Positions 15,504-25,910 of a DNA stretch of 64,000 bases are shown here, piece by piece; position 1 is the stretch's first letter; each line of letters opens with the position of its first letter. Origin of the DNA: Candidatus Fermentithermobacillus carboniphilus (GTDB lineage: Bacteria; Bacillota; Sulfobacillia; Fermentithermobacillales; Fermentithermobacillaceae). Made by a program: the position numbers and the translations under genes. The stretch is taken from the NCBI GenBank assembly GCA_018208355.1, contig CP062796.1, positions 621,217-685,216 of the forward strand, given 5' to 3'. The notes under the pieces were generated by a model. The model made no database searches and was not told the origin of the DNA. It saw only the letters and a list, made by a program, of their open reading frames with translations.

Positions 15504-16973
15504 TTAACCGGTTTCCCGCAGCCCGGATTCCTTGTATCCCTTGTCAGGAATCTTCCTCACAATTTCTTTAAAGAGCCTCCCCCGCTCTTCAAAGTTCGTG
15601 AACATATCGAAACTGGCGCAGGCCGGCGATAGGACGACGGCCCACCCGGGCTTGGCTTTTGCGGTAGCCATAACGACTGCCTCCTCAAGAGAAGATGCCC
15701 GCGTGACGTCTGGCTCTTTTGCACCGCGCATCTTCTCCCATGCAGCGTAAATGGCCTTTTCAATTTTCTCCGCGGTCTTCCCGAGGGTGACGACGCCGCA
15801 TCCCCTCGAGACCACCGCTTCGGCAAGTTCGTCAAAACCGATCCCCTTATCATAACCCCCGAGGATAAGGACAAGCGGCCCGTCCAACGCTTCGAGGAGG
15901 GCAAGCGTACGGTCGGGAGAGGTCGCGATGGAATCGTTAAAATACTTTATCCCGCCCACTTCTCTCACAAATTCTATCCTGTGCTCGACTCCCCTGAAAG
16001 CCCTTATGGCTTTCCTGACCCCCTCGGGGCTGGCGCCCATGACCAGGGACAAAAGCGCAGCTCCCATGGCATTAGAGATGTTGTGGGTCCCGGGCACGAG
16101 AAAATCTCCCTTTTGGGCCAAACACACGGGGGAAGATCCGTCGAGGGTTGCGAAAAGACTGTCACCGTCAAACCAGGCAAAAGCGCGTCTTTTTCCACTG
16201 CCGGCATGTTCCCCTGTAGGAACAGCTCCTTCTAAAGGCCGCAGCGAAAACAGCCCGACGTTTCCCGGACATTCTTCGAGAGCGCCGCTTGTCACAGGAT
16301 CATCGAAGTTCAAGATGCACCAGTCGTCCCTATCCTGGAACCTGAATATGTTCTTTTTCGCCTCAACGTACTCACTGAAGCTTTCGTGGATATCGAGGTG
16401 GTTTGGCCTCACGTTCAGAAAGAGGGCCACGTCCGGACTCTTCTTCACGAGCTCCAGCTGAAAACTCGAAAGTTCCAGCACTACAAGGGCGTTCTCCGGG
16501 ATATCGTCGACCTCTTCTATCAAAACCGACCCGATGTTCCCGCCAACGTATACCGGGATGCCAGGGCAGCTTTCTCTGAGCATCAAACCTGAAAGAGTAG
16601 CGGTAGTCGTCTTCCCAGCGCTCCCCGTGATGCCAGCAACTCTGGCTTTGCACCTTTCCAGAAAGAGGGCGATCTCGGTAGAAATGATTGCGCCTCTGTC
16701 TTTTGCCTCGATTATCTTTTCTTGGTTCTTTTTCATGCCGGGAGTGAGAAATATGTACCGGAAAGACGGCAGAAGGTCAAGGTAGTCCGGGCCGAGGCTC
16801 CAGGCTGCCCCGTAAGAGAGGAATTCATCGTAGACAGGGCCCAGCTCTTCCCTGCTCTTTCTGTCAAAACATGTCACACGGGCCCCCTGCCTCAAAAGAT
16901 ACCGGGCAAGAGCTTGGTTGGATTTCCCCATCCCCACAATTGCGATTTCCTTACCCTGAAAGTCCCGGACCAC
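15504..16973 (-). CDS. murD: UDP-N-acetylmuramoyl-L-alanine--D-glutamate ligase
   Basis: N-terminus KEIAIVGMGKSNQALARYL; ATP-binding motif GITGSAGKTTT; Mur ligase C-terminal domain. Confidence 0.85.
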   Translation of the reverse strand: MVRDFQGKEIAIVGMGKSNQALARYLLRQGARVTCFDRKSREELGPVYDEFLSYGAAWSLGPDYLDLLPSFRYIFLTPGMKKNQEKIIEAKDRGAIISTEIALFLERCKARVAGITGSAGKTTTATLSGLMLRESCPGIPVYVGGNIGSVLIEEVDDIPENALVVLELSSFQLELVKKSPDVALFLNVRPNHLDIHESFSEYVEAKKNIFRFQDRDDWCILNFDDPVTSGALEECPGNVGLFSLRPLEGAVPTGEHAGSGKRRAFAWFDGDSLFATLDGSSPVCLAQKGDFLVPGTHNISNAMGAALLSLVMGASPEGVRKAIRAFRGVEHRIEFVREVGGIKYFNDSIATSPDRTLALLEALDGPLVLILGGYDKGIGFDELAEAVVSRGCGVVTLGKTAEKIEKAIYAAWEKMRGAKEPDVTRASSLEEAVVMATAKAKPGWAVVLSPACASFDMFTNFEERGRLFKEIVRKIPDKGYKESGLRETG

Positions 16974-17078
16974 CTGCCCCCTCCTCTAGAGCAACCTCCA
17001 ATCAAAGTTGAAAGCCAGGCGTGGCTACGGGCCCCGCCAGAGGAACATATCCCGTAGCCACACGACGCTGTGCGCAAA

Positions 17079-18269
17079 TCATTCGAGGGTCTTCAGGACG
17101 TTCTCGAGACGGTTCAATCCTTCCTCGATTTTCGCCATCGAAGTCGCGTAGGAGAACCTTAAATTGCCCTGCGTGCCAAATGCCTTGCCGGGCACGACCG
17201 CAATCCTGGCCTCGTCCAGGAGTATGTCGGCAAGGGTTGTATCATCGGAAACCACCTTGCCGGCCAGCTTTTTTCCGATGAGGCCCGAGACGTCCGGATA
17301 GACGTAGAAAGCTCCCGGCGGGGTCAGGCATCTTATGCCGGGCATCTTATTGAGCCGCTCCACCATATAGTCGCGGCGCTTCTTGAACTCCATCCGCATT
17401 TTTTCGAGAGGTTCCTGGGGGCCTTTCAGCCCGGCCAGGGCTGCCTTCTGCGAAATCGATGTCGGGTTGGACGTGGCGTGGCTCTGAAGGTCACCCATGG
17501 CTTTAATTACGTCCTCGGGGCCGGCTGCATACCCGATTCTCCAACCGGTCATGGCGTACGCTTTGGAAACGCCGTTCACCGTAATGGTAATGGCCTTCAC
17601 CTCCGGGCTCAACGCGGCAAAGGAAACGTGCTCGCCTTCATAGATTAGCTTCTCGTAAATCTCGTCGGATATCACGGCAATATTATGTTTCAGGCATACC
17701 TCGGCTATCTTCTCCAACTCCTCCCGGGTATAGATGGCACCGGTGGGGTTGGAGGGACTGTTGAGGATAAGCAGGGTAGTCCTGGGCGTTATGGCCTTTT
17801 CCAGAGCTTGGGCCGTCACTTTGAACCCCGACTCGATGCTTGTGGGAAGTATCACAGGCGTTCCTCCCGCGAGTTTCACCATTTCGGGGTAGCTGACCCA
17901 GTAAGGTGCCGGCAGAAGCACTTCGTCGCCCTCGTCGCACAGGACCATGACCGCGTTGTAGATTGAATGTTTCGCCCCGACCGAAACCAGGACCTCGGAA
18001 GGCTTGTACTCCAAACCGTTATCCTTCTTGAGTTTCTCGCAAATGGCCTCCCTCAGTTCAGGGATCCCGGACGAGGGAGTGTACTTGGTAAACCCGGCCT
18101 GTATCGATTCTATTGCGGCGTCCTTTATGTGCTGGGGAGTATCGAAGTCGGGTTCTCCGACCCCGAAGTTTATGATGTTGATGCCTTCACGCTGCAACTT
18201 CTTTGTCTTGGCGTCAAGAGCAAGGGTCGGCGATGTGCTGATCGATCTTGCGCGGCTTGATAGTCTCAT
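17079..18269 (-). CDS. Class I/II aminotransferase, aspartate aminotransferase-like
   Basis: ...NFGVGEPDFDTP...SKAYAMTGWRIGYAAGP... (PLP-lysine context). Start placed at the ATG at 18269 with ACGGAGGT 8 nt upstream. Confidence 0.8.
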   Translation of the reverse strand: MRLSSRARSISTSPTLALDAKTKKLQREGINIINFGVGEPDFDTPQHIKDAAIESIQAGFTKYTPSSGIPELREAICEKLKKDNGLEYKPSEVLVSVGAKHSIYNAVMVLCDEGDEVLLPAPYWVSYPEMVKLAGGTPVILPTSIESGFKVTAQALEKAITPRTTLLILNSPSNPTGAIYTREELEKIAEVCLKHNIAVISDEIYEKLIYEGEHVSFAALSPEVKAITITVNGVSKAYAMTGWRIGYAAGPEDVIKAMGDLQSHATSNPTSISQKAALAGLKGPQEPLEKMRMEFKKRRDYMVERLNKMPGIRCLTPPGAFYVYPDVSGLIGKKLAGKVVSDDTTLADILLDEARIAVVPGKAFGTQGNLRFSYATSMAKIEEGLNRLENVLKTLE

Positions 18270-18541
18270 CAGCCATACCTCCGTAAATGCTTTACTAGTC
18301 CTCTTTGCTGGACCCGAGAATCCAAAACACCGGATCTTTTCTTCTATAGGGAAGGCAAAAACACCTTCTCTTCTATTGTAACTCTGGCCGGGTTCACCGT
18401 AGTACAAGCATTCTCAATTGCTGCACAACGCGCTGAAAATGCCCGGCTCATGGCCCGGGTCCTTTTTCGCAAATACTATGAAGGAGAACGACGCGGCGCG
18501 GAAGAACAACTGAGGAGCAAATAAGCCCCTCGCCGGAAAAG

Positions 18542-18772
18542 GTGACGTCAGTGTACAATCGCAAAAACGGTGGATTTCTTCAGCTGGCCGCGTTTGTCCT
18601 GACGCTCGGTTTTTCCCTGATAACCAGCGCCCTACTCGGTCTATACCTGGGGTCTATATTGGATAGACAAAGGCCTCACAAGGTATTAACTCCCATCGGA
18701 TTCTTACTGGGGCTTCTGGTTGGTTTTCACAGAGCCTGGCTTCTAATAAAAGATTTCATGAAAAGAGGATAA
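18542..18772 (+). CDS. AtpZ/AtpI-like small two-TM protein (putative F0F1-ATPase-associated family)
   Basis: The 76-aa product has two TM helices flanking a DRQ/R-rich loop. Its resemblance to PF09527 is from memory. Confidence 0.4.
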   Translation: MTSVYNRKNGGFLQLAAFVLTLGFSLITSALLGLYLGSILDRQRPHKVLTPIGFLLGLLVGFHRAWLLIKDFMKRG

Positions 18773-18787
18773 ACTTTTGCAAGGACG

Positions 18788-20170
18788 ATGTCTGTAGGAA
18801 CGATGACCTTCAAGGCACTGGTTTCAAAACTGCGCGCTATATCGCGAGCCGATATCTCGCACAAGACTCCGGAGCTTCTTCGCCTCCGGCATCTTTTGCG
18901 CTCGGCGTCGGATCCCGTGCTTTTTACGATAGTCCTATCCCTTGTGGCCCATGCGGTATTTACCACCTTTATCTCTCCCCGCCGGGGCATCGCAGGAGGT
19001 CCAGCTGGAAATAGTTCGCCTGCCTCGCCTATCCCCGTAGCCAGGCAAATCTCTGAAACCTATCCTAATAGAACCACGGGTTCGTACGATAGCCAGAAAC
19101 TCCTATCATATCTTGCGGGTCAACTTCAGCTGGCAGGGTGGCAAACCGAAATCCAGGAGTACTCCGCTACGGTAAAACTGACTTCGCCGGACCTCAAAGA
19201 CTCCGTCTCATTATGTGCCGAAGGGGAGAATCTTGTGGCCTTCGGAGGTGCGACAAGCGCCGGACTTCACTCAAAACCGGGCTCAGGTACGGACAACACG
19301 GCAGTTGTCGCGATCCTGGTCCTTGCACCTTACGACGTGCTCTCCGCAGCTGCCGCCGGCACATCGACCGGCACAGGAGCTGCCGAACCCCGGTCATCGA
19401 CGTTAACTCCCGCATCTGAAATTCTGTCGTCCCTGCCATCCGCTATCCTGTTGACCTCCCTGACAGGATTCCAGCCGGGAAAAAGCCAATGCATTTCGGC
19501 AGGTTTCGTATCAGGACACAATCAGGGAGGGGCGGGGACCGAAGCCGTTCTAGAAGACATCGCAACGAGGATGGGCATGGGTCTTGGCGCCGCCATCGTT
19601 ATCGGGGACGTCTCATGGGGAAACGATGTCGCCCTCATCGTCCACAGGAGTACGCCGGTAACGCTAGCCAAAAATGTGGCAAAGACACTCCGAAAGTACG
19701 GCTTGCGTCTTAAGGCCGCCAGAATCGAAGGCGTGATGGCGCACTACCTCACGGACCAAGCCGCTCCCGACCAGCCAACTCCCGAAAACCTTCGCACCCT
19801 ACCCGACAAAGGTTACTTTTGGGGCGAAGGTGAGATCCTCGCCAGTAGAGGAATCCCCTGCGTCACGCTTGGCTTTCCCCGGGTGGGCGTCGGTCTTTGG
19901 AGCGGGGCCACCACGGGCACCACAATCGATGCGGCTCAAGTTGAAGACAGGGCCAAGAAGGTGGCAGATGCCTTGGCAAGCCTGTATTATGCCGTCCCAA
20001 CAAGCTTCGCCGAAGGAGGAAACCCGGGCCCACTTGTAGACGAAAGCATAATATTGAACATTGGAGGAAATCCAGTTTTTCTGCAAAAGAATGCCTGTGT
20101 TCTCGTAATCGCTGTTTTCTCGCTTCTCTGTTTTGTGGCCGCGTTCTCGATCAAAGAACGCCCCTCATAA
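18788..20170 (+). CDS. Hypothetical membrane-associated protein with a degenerate M28-peptidase-like core
   Basis: The segment ...LVAFGGATSAGLHSKPGSGTDNTAVVAILVLA... resembles the M28 G-x-DD-N-x-SG-VA block, but the metal-ligand Asp is missing. Has a C-terminal TM segment. Confidence 0.3.
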   Translation: MSVGTMTFKALVSKLRAISRADISHKTPELLRLRHLLRSASDPVLFTIVLSLVAHAVFTTFISPRRGIAGGPAGNSSPASPIPVARQISETYPNRTTGSYDSQKLLSYLAGQLQLAGWQTEIQEYSATVKLTSPDLKDSVSLCAEGENLVAFGGATSAGLHSKPGSGTDNTAVVAILVLAPYDVLSAAAAGTSTGTGAAEPRSSTLTPASEILSSLPSAILLTSLTGFQPGKSQCISAGFVSGHNQGGAGTEAVLEDIATRMGMGLGAAIVIGDVSWGNDVALIVHRSTPVTLAKNVAKTLRKYGLRLKAARIEGVMAHYLTDQAAPDQPTPENLRTLPDKGYFWGEGEILASRGIPCVTLGFPRVGVGLWSGATTGTTIDAAQVEDRAKKVADALASLYYAVPTSFAEGGNPGPLVDESIILNIGGNPVFLQKNACVLVIAVFSLLCFVAAFSIKERPS

Positions 20171-20236
20171 TCTTTTTCCGGAATGCATACCGTTTGACCC
20201 TTCAAGAGATCCTATCTACGGTAAGCTTTTCAACGC

Positions 20237-22192
20237 TTGTCTTTCACGGAGGCTTCAGCACCGGCCATGGTCAAATCGATCTTTTCACCCATAACCATAA
20301 ATCAGATGACGCTCAGGAACAGGCTCGTGGTTCCCCCGATGGTGACCAACTACGGGACCGAAAAAGGCGAAGTAACCGACAGGCTCATCACCTACCTTGA
20401 AGCTAGGGCAAGAGGCGGATTTGGACTCATTACCCTGGAAGCCACGGCGGTCCACCCGGGTGGAAGAGGGTTTCAGAAGCAAGTGGGACTCTGGGATGAT
20501 TCCCAGATACCGGGACTCGCGGATCTCGCCGCGGCTATACACCGTCACGGGGCCCGGTTGTCGGTCCAGCTTTTCCACGCCGGAAGACAGACCTATTCGG
20601 CCGTCCTCGGGACACAAAGCGTCTCCGCCTCGGCGGTCCCCTGCCCTGTGTGTAAAGAAGTACCCCGCGAACTGAACTTATCAGGTATTAAGGAAATCGT
20701 GCGTTCCTTCGCGAAAGCCGCCGAAAGGGCCAGGATCGCCGGGGCTGACGCTTTGGAAATCCACGGAGCCCACGGTTACCTGGTCAACCAATTCGTCTCC
20801 CCTTATTCAAACAGGAGAGTTGACGAATACGGCGGAAGCCTCAAGAACCGCATGCGTTTTCCCCTGGAAGTCATCGCCGAGGTCAGAAAGGCAGTAGGAG
20901 CGGATTTCCCGGTAATATACCGCATCTCCGCCAGGGAGAGGGTGCCGGGCGGGCTCACCCTTGAAGAAAACCTCGTGATAGCACGAATACTTTCCGAGGC
21001 AGGGATCGACGCGTTTCACGTCAGCACCGGAGTGTACGGGAGCATGCCTTACATTATCCCCCCGTACTCGCTTCCGGAGGGGCTCAACGTCGAAGATGCC
21101 CATGCGATAAGAGAAGCCACCGGACTTCCGGTGATCGTGGCCGGGCGGATAACCGAGGTTTTCATGGCCGAATCCATCGTTTCCACGGGAAAGGCAGACA
21201 TGGTGGCAATGGGCAGGGCTTCCATAGTCGATCCCGATCTTCCGAGAAAGGCGGCGGCCGGCGCTTTCGATGACATAAGACCGTGCATATCCTGCAACCA
21301 GGGATGCATAGGAGGGCTTCTGGGTCCCGCCATGGAAATGTCGTGCCTCGTAAACCCGACCGTCGGCAAGGAAAAGGAATTTGCGGTCACACCCGCGCCC
21401 GTCAAAAAGAAGGTCATGGTCGTGGGCGCCGGACCCGCGGGTCTCGAGGCCGCCCGTATCCTGGCACAAAGAGGGCACAGCGTCGTGCTTTCGGATAAGT
21501 CAGACCGTTTTGGCGGACAGTTCAGGCTGGCCGCCTTACCGCCGGAAAAGCAACCGCTGGCAAAGCTCATAAGGTGGCAGGCAGACCAGGCGGCAAAGGC
21601 AGGGGTCACCGTCAAACTCGGAAACGAGGTAACCCGGCAGGTGGTGACCGACGCAAGACCAGATACGGTAGTGGTCGCCACAGGAGGAAAGCCCTTGATC
21701 CCCCGGATACCCGGAGCCGATGCCCCGTGGGTCGCCTCAGCGTGGGACGTCCTGGCTGGAAAGGCACCTACGGGACAGAACGTATTGATTATGGGCGGAG
21801 GTTCGGTGGGGTGCGAGACCGCAGACTACCTCCTCCACCTTGAAAAGCGCGTCACCATCGTGGAAATGCTCGGCGAACTCGCGCGTGACGTCGAATCCAC
21901 CACCAGGTATTTCCTCCTGCAAAGGCTCAATAACCTCGGAGCCAACGTTGTTCTGAACGCGACCATCGTCGAGATCACAAGAGACGGCGTCATCTACGAG
22001 CGCCAGGGACAAAGACAGGAACTTCGGGGTTTCGATACGCTGGTCGCCGCGTTCGGCACCGCCCCGGAAAACTCCCTGGTAAAGGACATTTTGGGCATCG
22101 TGACGGAAGTCTACGTCATAGGCGACGCTGAAGAGCCCAGGCGGGCTATAGACGCCATACGGGACGCGGAAAAACTCGCCACACGGATATGA
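20237..22192 (+). CDS. Old-yellow-enzyme-type FMN oxidoreductase fused to an FAD/NAD(P)-binding domain (2,4-dienoyl-CoA reductase / NADH oxidase family)
   Basis: N-terminal OYE TIM barrel (FSPITINQMTLRNRLVVPPM...HGAHGYLVNQF), a Cys-rich linker, and a C-terminal Rossmann domain (VMVVGAGPAGLEAA). The start may be the ATG at 20267. Confidence 0.75.
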   Translation: MSFTEASAPAMVKSIFSPITINQMTLRNRLVVPPMVTNYGTEKGEVTDRLITYLEARARGGFGLITLEATAVHPGGRGFQKQVGLWDDSQIPGLADLAAAIHRHGARLSVQLFHAGRQTYSAVLGTQSVSASAVPCPVCKEVPRELNLSGIKEIVRSFAKAAERARIAGADALEIHGAHGYLVNQFVSPYSNRRVDEYGGSLKNRMRFPLEVIAEVRKAVGADFPVIYRISARERVPGGLTLEENLVIARILSEAGIDAFHVSTGVYGSMPYIIPPYSLPEGLNVEDAHAIREATGLPVIVAGRITEVFMAESIVSTGKADMVAMGRASIVDPDLPRKAAAGAFDDIRPCISCNQGCIGGLLGPAMEMSCLVNPTVGKEKEFAVTPAPVKKKVMVVGAGPAGLEAARILAQRGHSVVLSDKSDRFGGQFRLAALPPEKQPLAKLIRWQADQAAKAGVTVKLGNEVTRQVVTDARPDTVVVATGGKPLIPRIPGADAPWVASAWDVLAGKAPTGQNVLIMGGGSVGCETADYLLHLEKRVTIVEMLGELARDVESTTRYFLLQRLNNLGANVVLNATIVEITRDGVIYERQGQRQELRGFDTLVAAFGTAPENSLVKDILGIVTEVYVIGDAEEPRRAIDAIRDAEKLATRI

Positions 22193-22249
22193 GGGTCTGT
22201 ATATAGTTTCCCCATAAGGTGACCCGGTGCTGCCCGCACGCCTCTTCTC

Positions 22250-22285
22250 GTTTGACTCGATCTCTGCGTTTGACTCGATCTCTGC
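22250..22285. repeat. Perfect 18-bp tandem duplication (GTTTGACTCGATCTCTGC x2) just downstream of iorB
   Basis: Read directly from the sequence. Confidence 0.8.
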
Positions 22286-22297
22286 AATAACCCCGCG

Positions 22298-22897
22298 TCA
22301 CGAAATGTTTGGAGAGCGCCTTTTCTCCATCCACCTGCGCCCCATGGAAAAGGCCTTTAGGTTCGCACCTATTGTTTTTTCGGGAACCAGTTTGGAGATC
22401 TCATTCTCCCACACACTTGCGGGAATCTCCAGTATCCAGGACAGGGCTCCCAGACACACCATGTTGGATGTCCGGACGTTTCCGGCCTCAAGGGCCATCG
22501 ATAGGGCCGGGAGAATGTAGACCTCCCCCGCCCTCTGAAGGAAAGACTCCTCGGTCAGGTTTGGGTACTCGGCGTCTCCAGTTATCACCGAGATCGGGGC
22601 GATCTTTTCATCGCTAGAGACGACTACTCCCGATGGTTTCAAGTTCGGAAGCTCGCGGTATGCTTCCAGCAACTCAAGGCCGACGATAACGTCAACCTTT
22701 CCCGCCGGAACCGCCGGTGAAAACACTTTTTGCCCCCTGCGGACATAACTTGTCACCGTCCCTCCGCGCTGGGCCATCCCGTGGACTTCCGAGGTCTTTA
22801 CGTCAAACCCCGCTTCTGCGAAAACCTGAGCAAGGACAGTGGTCGCCAGAAGCCCACCCTGGCCTCCGACACCGGCTATGGCGAAATCTTTCAGCAC
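22298..22897 (-). CDS. iorB: Indolepyruvate:ferredoxin oxidoreductase beta subunit
   Basis: VLKDFAIAGVGGQGGLLAT... with a GTG start overlapping the iorA stop. Confidence 0.75.
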   Translation of the reverse strand: MLKDFAIAGVGGQGGLLATTVLAQVFAEAGFDVKTSEVHGMAQRGGTVTSYVRRGQKVFSPAVPAGKVDVIVGLELLEAYRELPNLKPSGVVVSSDEKIAPISVITGDAEYPNLTEESFLQRAGEVYILPALSMALEAGNVRTSNMVCLGALSWILEIPASVWENEISKLVPEKTIGANLKAFSMGRRWMEKRRSPNIS

Positions 22898-24825
22898 GTG
22901 GAATCGCCTCCCTCTCGACGTCCCTCTACCGCAGTAACGCCGTCCCCCGGCCCGGGGCATTCACCCTTTGCTCCCGCAAAAAGGGCATTTCTCGGGCAAA
23001 TCTGAACGCAGAGACCGCAACCAGTACACAAGATTTCGTTTACCTTTGGCTTTCTCCCTTCCCGCTCCAGTGCAGGACAACCGGGACGCAGGCAAAGACC
23101 GCACTCTACGCACAGAGAAAGGTCGAATTTTACCGGCTGGGTTTTCTTCCTCGCCAGAAGGACGCAAGGAGCCCGGGCAATGATCACCGCCGACGGCTGG
23201 TCCAGGGCTTTTCTCAACGCCCTTTCTACGGATTTTGTATCGTAGGCGTCGACCACCTCGACATCTCTTCGTCCCACAGCCCGCGCTATTTCTTCAATCG
23301 CAACCTTCGGAGACTCTTTGTGTCTTGCATTCCAGCCCGAGGCGGGATGACCCTGGTGGCCCGTCATGGCTGTCGTGCCGTTGTCGAGTATAATCACGGG
23401 GGCATCTACCTGGTTGTACGTCATATTGATGAGCGGCGTTATCCCCGAATGCATGAACGTTGAGTCACCTATTACCGCCACCACCTTGCCGGCCTTGTCG
23501 GCGGGAAGACCCAGGCGCATCCCCTGAGCGTGACCGATGCTGGCACCCATACAGGTGGTGGTGTCGAGAGAAGAAAGTGGCGGCAGCGCCCCAAGGGTGT
23601 AACATCCGATGTCGCCGCAGGCCACAAGGCCGAGTTTCTTGATGACGTAGTATACTGCCCTGTGGGGACAACCAGGGCAGAGAACCGGAGGTCTCGCAGG
23701 CAGCGACCTTGTACCTGGGACCAGATCTGGCTCAGCAGCATTCAAAAGTCCCGCTTCTGCCACGTTTGAGGGTCCCCCGCCGGAGGCATCCCCTCTTTTC
23801 TCGCCACACCCGGGATCGGTGCATCCAAGGGACCACAACACCTTCTGTTTCACTATCCCGACGGAAAGTTCCCCGGCGCCAGGAAACACGTCTTTTCCCC
23901 TGCACGTTATGCCCATGGCGCGGATTTGCGTCTCCCAGAAGTCATCCAGTTCTTCTACCACATAGAGGCATTTAACCCTCGCGGCGAATTCCCTGATCAC
24001 CTTCTCCGGCAAAGGGTACGCGAGCCCAAGTTTCAGGACCGAAGCTTCCGGGAAGGCTTCCTTCACGTACTGGTAGGAAATACCACCGGTTATGAAGCCG
24101 ATGTAGTCGTCTCCCCACTCAATACGGTTAAGGCCTGCCTCATCGGAAAACTCCGCAAGCTTTTTGACGCGTTCGAGCACGGAGACTTTCCTCCGCCTGG
24201 CATTGGCAGGGAGCATGACGTATTTTGCCATATCTTTTTCGTAAGGCTTTCGCCCGACCGCTTTTTTCCCGCTTGTTGCGACCAGCGACCGCGCGTGAGA
24301 TATACGCGTGGTAGACCTGATGATGACAGGCGTGTCAAATTCCTCGGAGATATCAAACGCCACCCTAGTGAAATCGTAAGCCTCTTGGGAATCCGAAGGC
24401 TCCAGGATGGGTACTTTGGCAAACTTCCCGAACCAGCGGTTGTCCTGTTCATTCTGGGAAGAGTGCATCCCAGGGTCATCGGCAGTGACGATGACCAGGC
24501 CTCCCCTGACTCCCATGTAAGTTACCGTCATAAGAGGGTCTGCCGCGACGTTGAGGCCAACGTGCTTCATGCACGCTATGGCACGGACACCGGCGATGGA
24601 AGCACCGATGACGACCTCCAAGGCCACCTTCTCGTTGGTAGACCATTCCACGTGGATGTCCGGAAACCTTGTCATAGTCTCGATAATCTCGGTACTGGGA
24701 GTACCCGGGTATCCAGCGGCCACCGTGCAACCCGCCTCGTAAGCACCAAGCGCAATGGCCTCATTTCCATAGAGGAGCCTCGGGTTTGAATCCGAGGTTC
24801 TTTTGAATGTATCCTGAGTAACCAA
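22891..24825 (-). CDS. iorA: Indolepyruvate:ferredoxin oxidoreductase alpha subunit (TPP + 2x[4Fe-4S])
   Basis: LLYGNEAIALGAYEAG...; TPP-binding region; C-terminal CVECGLCLRPGCP...CTGCGLCVQICP. Confidence 0.8.
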   Translation of the reverse strand: MVTQDTFKRTSDSNPRLLYGNEAIALGAYEAGCTVAAGYPGTPSTEIIETMTRFPDIHVEWSTNEKVALEVVIGASIAGVRAIACMKHVGLNVAADPLMTVTYMGVRGGLVIVTADDPGMHSSQNEQDNRWFGKFAKVPILEPSDSQEAYDFTRVAFDISEEFDTPVIIRSTTRISHARSLVATSGKKAVGRKPYEKDMAKYVMLPANARRRKVSVLERVKKLAEFSDEAGLNRIEWGDDYIGFITGGISYQYVKEAFPEASVLKLGLAYPLPEKVIREFAARVKCLYVVEELDDFWETQIRAMGITCRGKDVFPGAGELSVGIVKQKVLWSLGCTDPGCGEKRGDASGGGPSNVAEAGLLNAAEPDLVPGTRSLPARPPVLCPGCPHRAVYYVIKKLGLVACGDIGCYTLGALPPLSSLDTTTCMGASIGHAQGMRLGLPADKAGKVVAVIGDSTFMHSGITPLINMTYNQVDAPVIILDNGTTAMTGHQGHPASGWNARHKESPKVAIEEIARAVGRRDVEVVDAYDTKSVERALRKALDQPSAVIIARAPCVLLARKKTQPVKFDLSLCVECGLCLRPGCPALEREGRKPKVNEILCTGCGLCVQICPRNALFAGAKGECPGPGDGVTAVEGRREGGDSTC

Positions 24826-25136
24826 GAGACTGTCCCCCCTTTTGTACCGTTGGGCACTAAAGAGGATTCGGGGGGACGGTCGTTATGTCCTCCCATCTGC
24901 TTCCGCGAGCAGGCCCCATCCGCGCGTGCTGCCGACGGTCGGCGGCATAAGAAACCACCGCTGCTTCGGTCACATCGCGCTTCAGTCCCTTTATGCCGAA
25001 ATACCTCACGTTTGTGCGATATATCTATTAGGGTAAAATCTCAACTCGGGAGCGAGGCCGGCAAGATGAGAGGACGCCTTGACCAAGCATTTCCATACAA
25101 AGGATTTCAAGGCGGGATCAGAGAAAATTGTAAACG

Positions 25137-25910
25137 GTGAACGGTATATTGACCTTTTCGTTTACGAAGAAATCGTCCGAGGAGACGCTGGAATCGCGGG
25201 TGGCGCGAGCACGCGACGGCGACCGCACGGCCAGGGAAGAACTAATCCGCGATTACGCTCCTTTTATCTTGAAAACCGCCTCCTCACTCGTGAAAAGATA
25301 TGTAGCCTTCGGCAAGGACGATGAAGCCAGCATCGCGATGTCGGCGTTTAACGAGGCCATCGACGCTTACGCGAGCAAAAGGCCGGGTTTTCTAGCTTTC
25401 GCCGCCACGGTCATAAGGCGGAGGCTCGTGGACCATTTCCGGAAGGCGGTCAGACACCCGGAAATCCCATTCTCCGCGCTGGAGAACCGAGATAGCGGTA
25501 ATAGCAGGGCAGTAGATATAGAGGTCCTGGATAGCTACGGTACTACTGATTGGCAGAAGGTTATAGAACGGAGAGACGAAATCGAGCGGTGGAAAGAGAC
25601 GCTGGAGGAATTCGGATTGACTTTGAACAAAGTAGTCAAGATGACCCCGAAACACGAAGACGCTAGGACGCGTGCAATTGAGATCGCGAAGATAGTGGCC
25701 CGGAACCGGCACCTAAGGGACAAGCTCTTTCTGACCAAGAGACTACCGGTCGACGACATTCTCTCTTGGCTCCCCCCAGAGAACCGCGTATCTAGGAAAA
25801 CAATGGACCGGCAGAGTGTGTACATAACTGCCCTCGTGATCATACTCACCGGTGAGTTTCCGAGCATCAGGGAGTTTCTTGGAATTGACGGGAGAGGTGG
25901 TGATACGTGA
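25137..25910 (+). CDS. sigI: RNA polymerase sigma factor SigI
   Basis: The N-terminus ...KKSSEETLESRVARARDGDRTAREELIRDYAPFILKTASSLVKRYV parallels B. subtilis SigI (...KKKSLEDTV...IQSYQPFIAKTVSSV). Followed by an overlapping anti-sigma gene. Confidence 0.7.
   Translation: MNGILTFSFTKKSSEETLESRVARARDGDRTAREELIRDYAPFILKTASSLVKRYVAFGKDDEASIAMSAFNEAIDAYASKRPGFLAFAATVIRRRLVDHFRKAVRHPEIPFSALENRDSGNSRAVDIEVLDSYGTTDWQKVIERRDEIERWKETLEEFGLTLNKVVKMTPKHEDARTRAIEIAKIVARNRHLRDKLFLTKRLPVDDILSWLPPENRVSRKTMDRQSVYITALVIILTGEFPSIREFLGIDGRGGDT

Noticed and set aside
24826-25136. Possible sigma-I-type promoter (CCCCCC at ~24835) upstream of sigI.
   Set aside because: It lies ~300 nt upstream with no convincing CGAA/CGWA -10 at the right spacing. 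It cannot be supported by eye.
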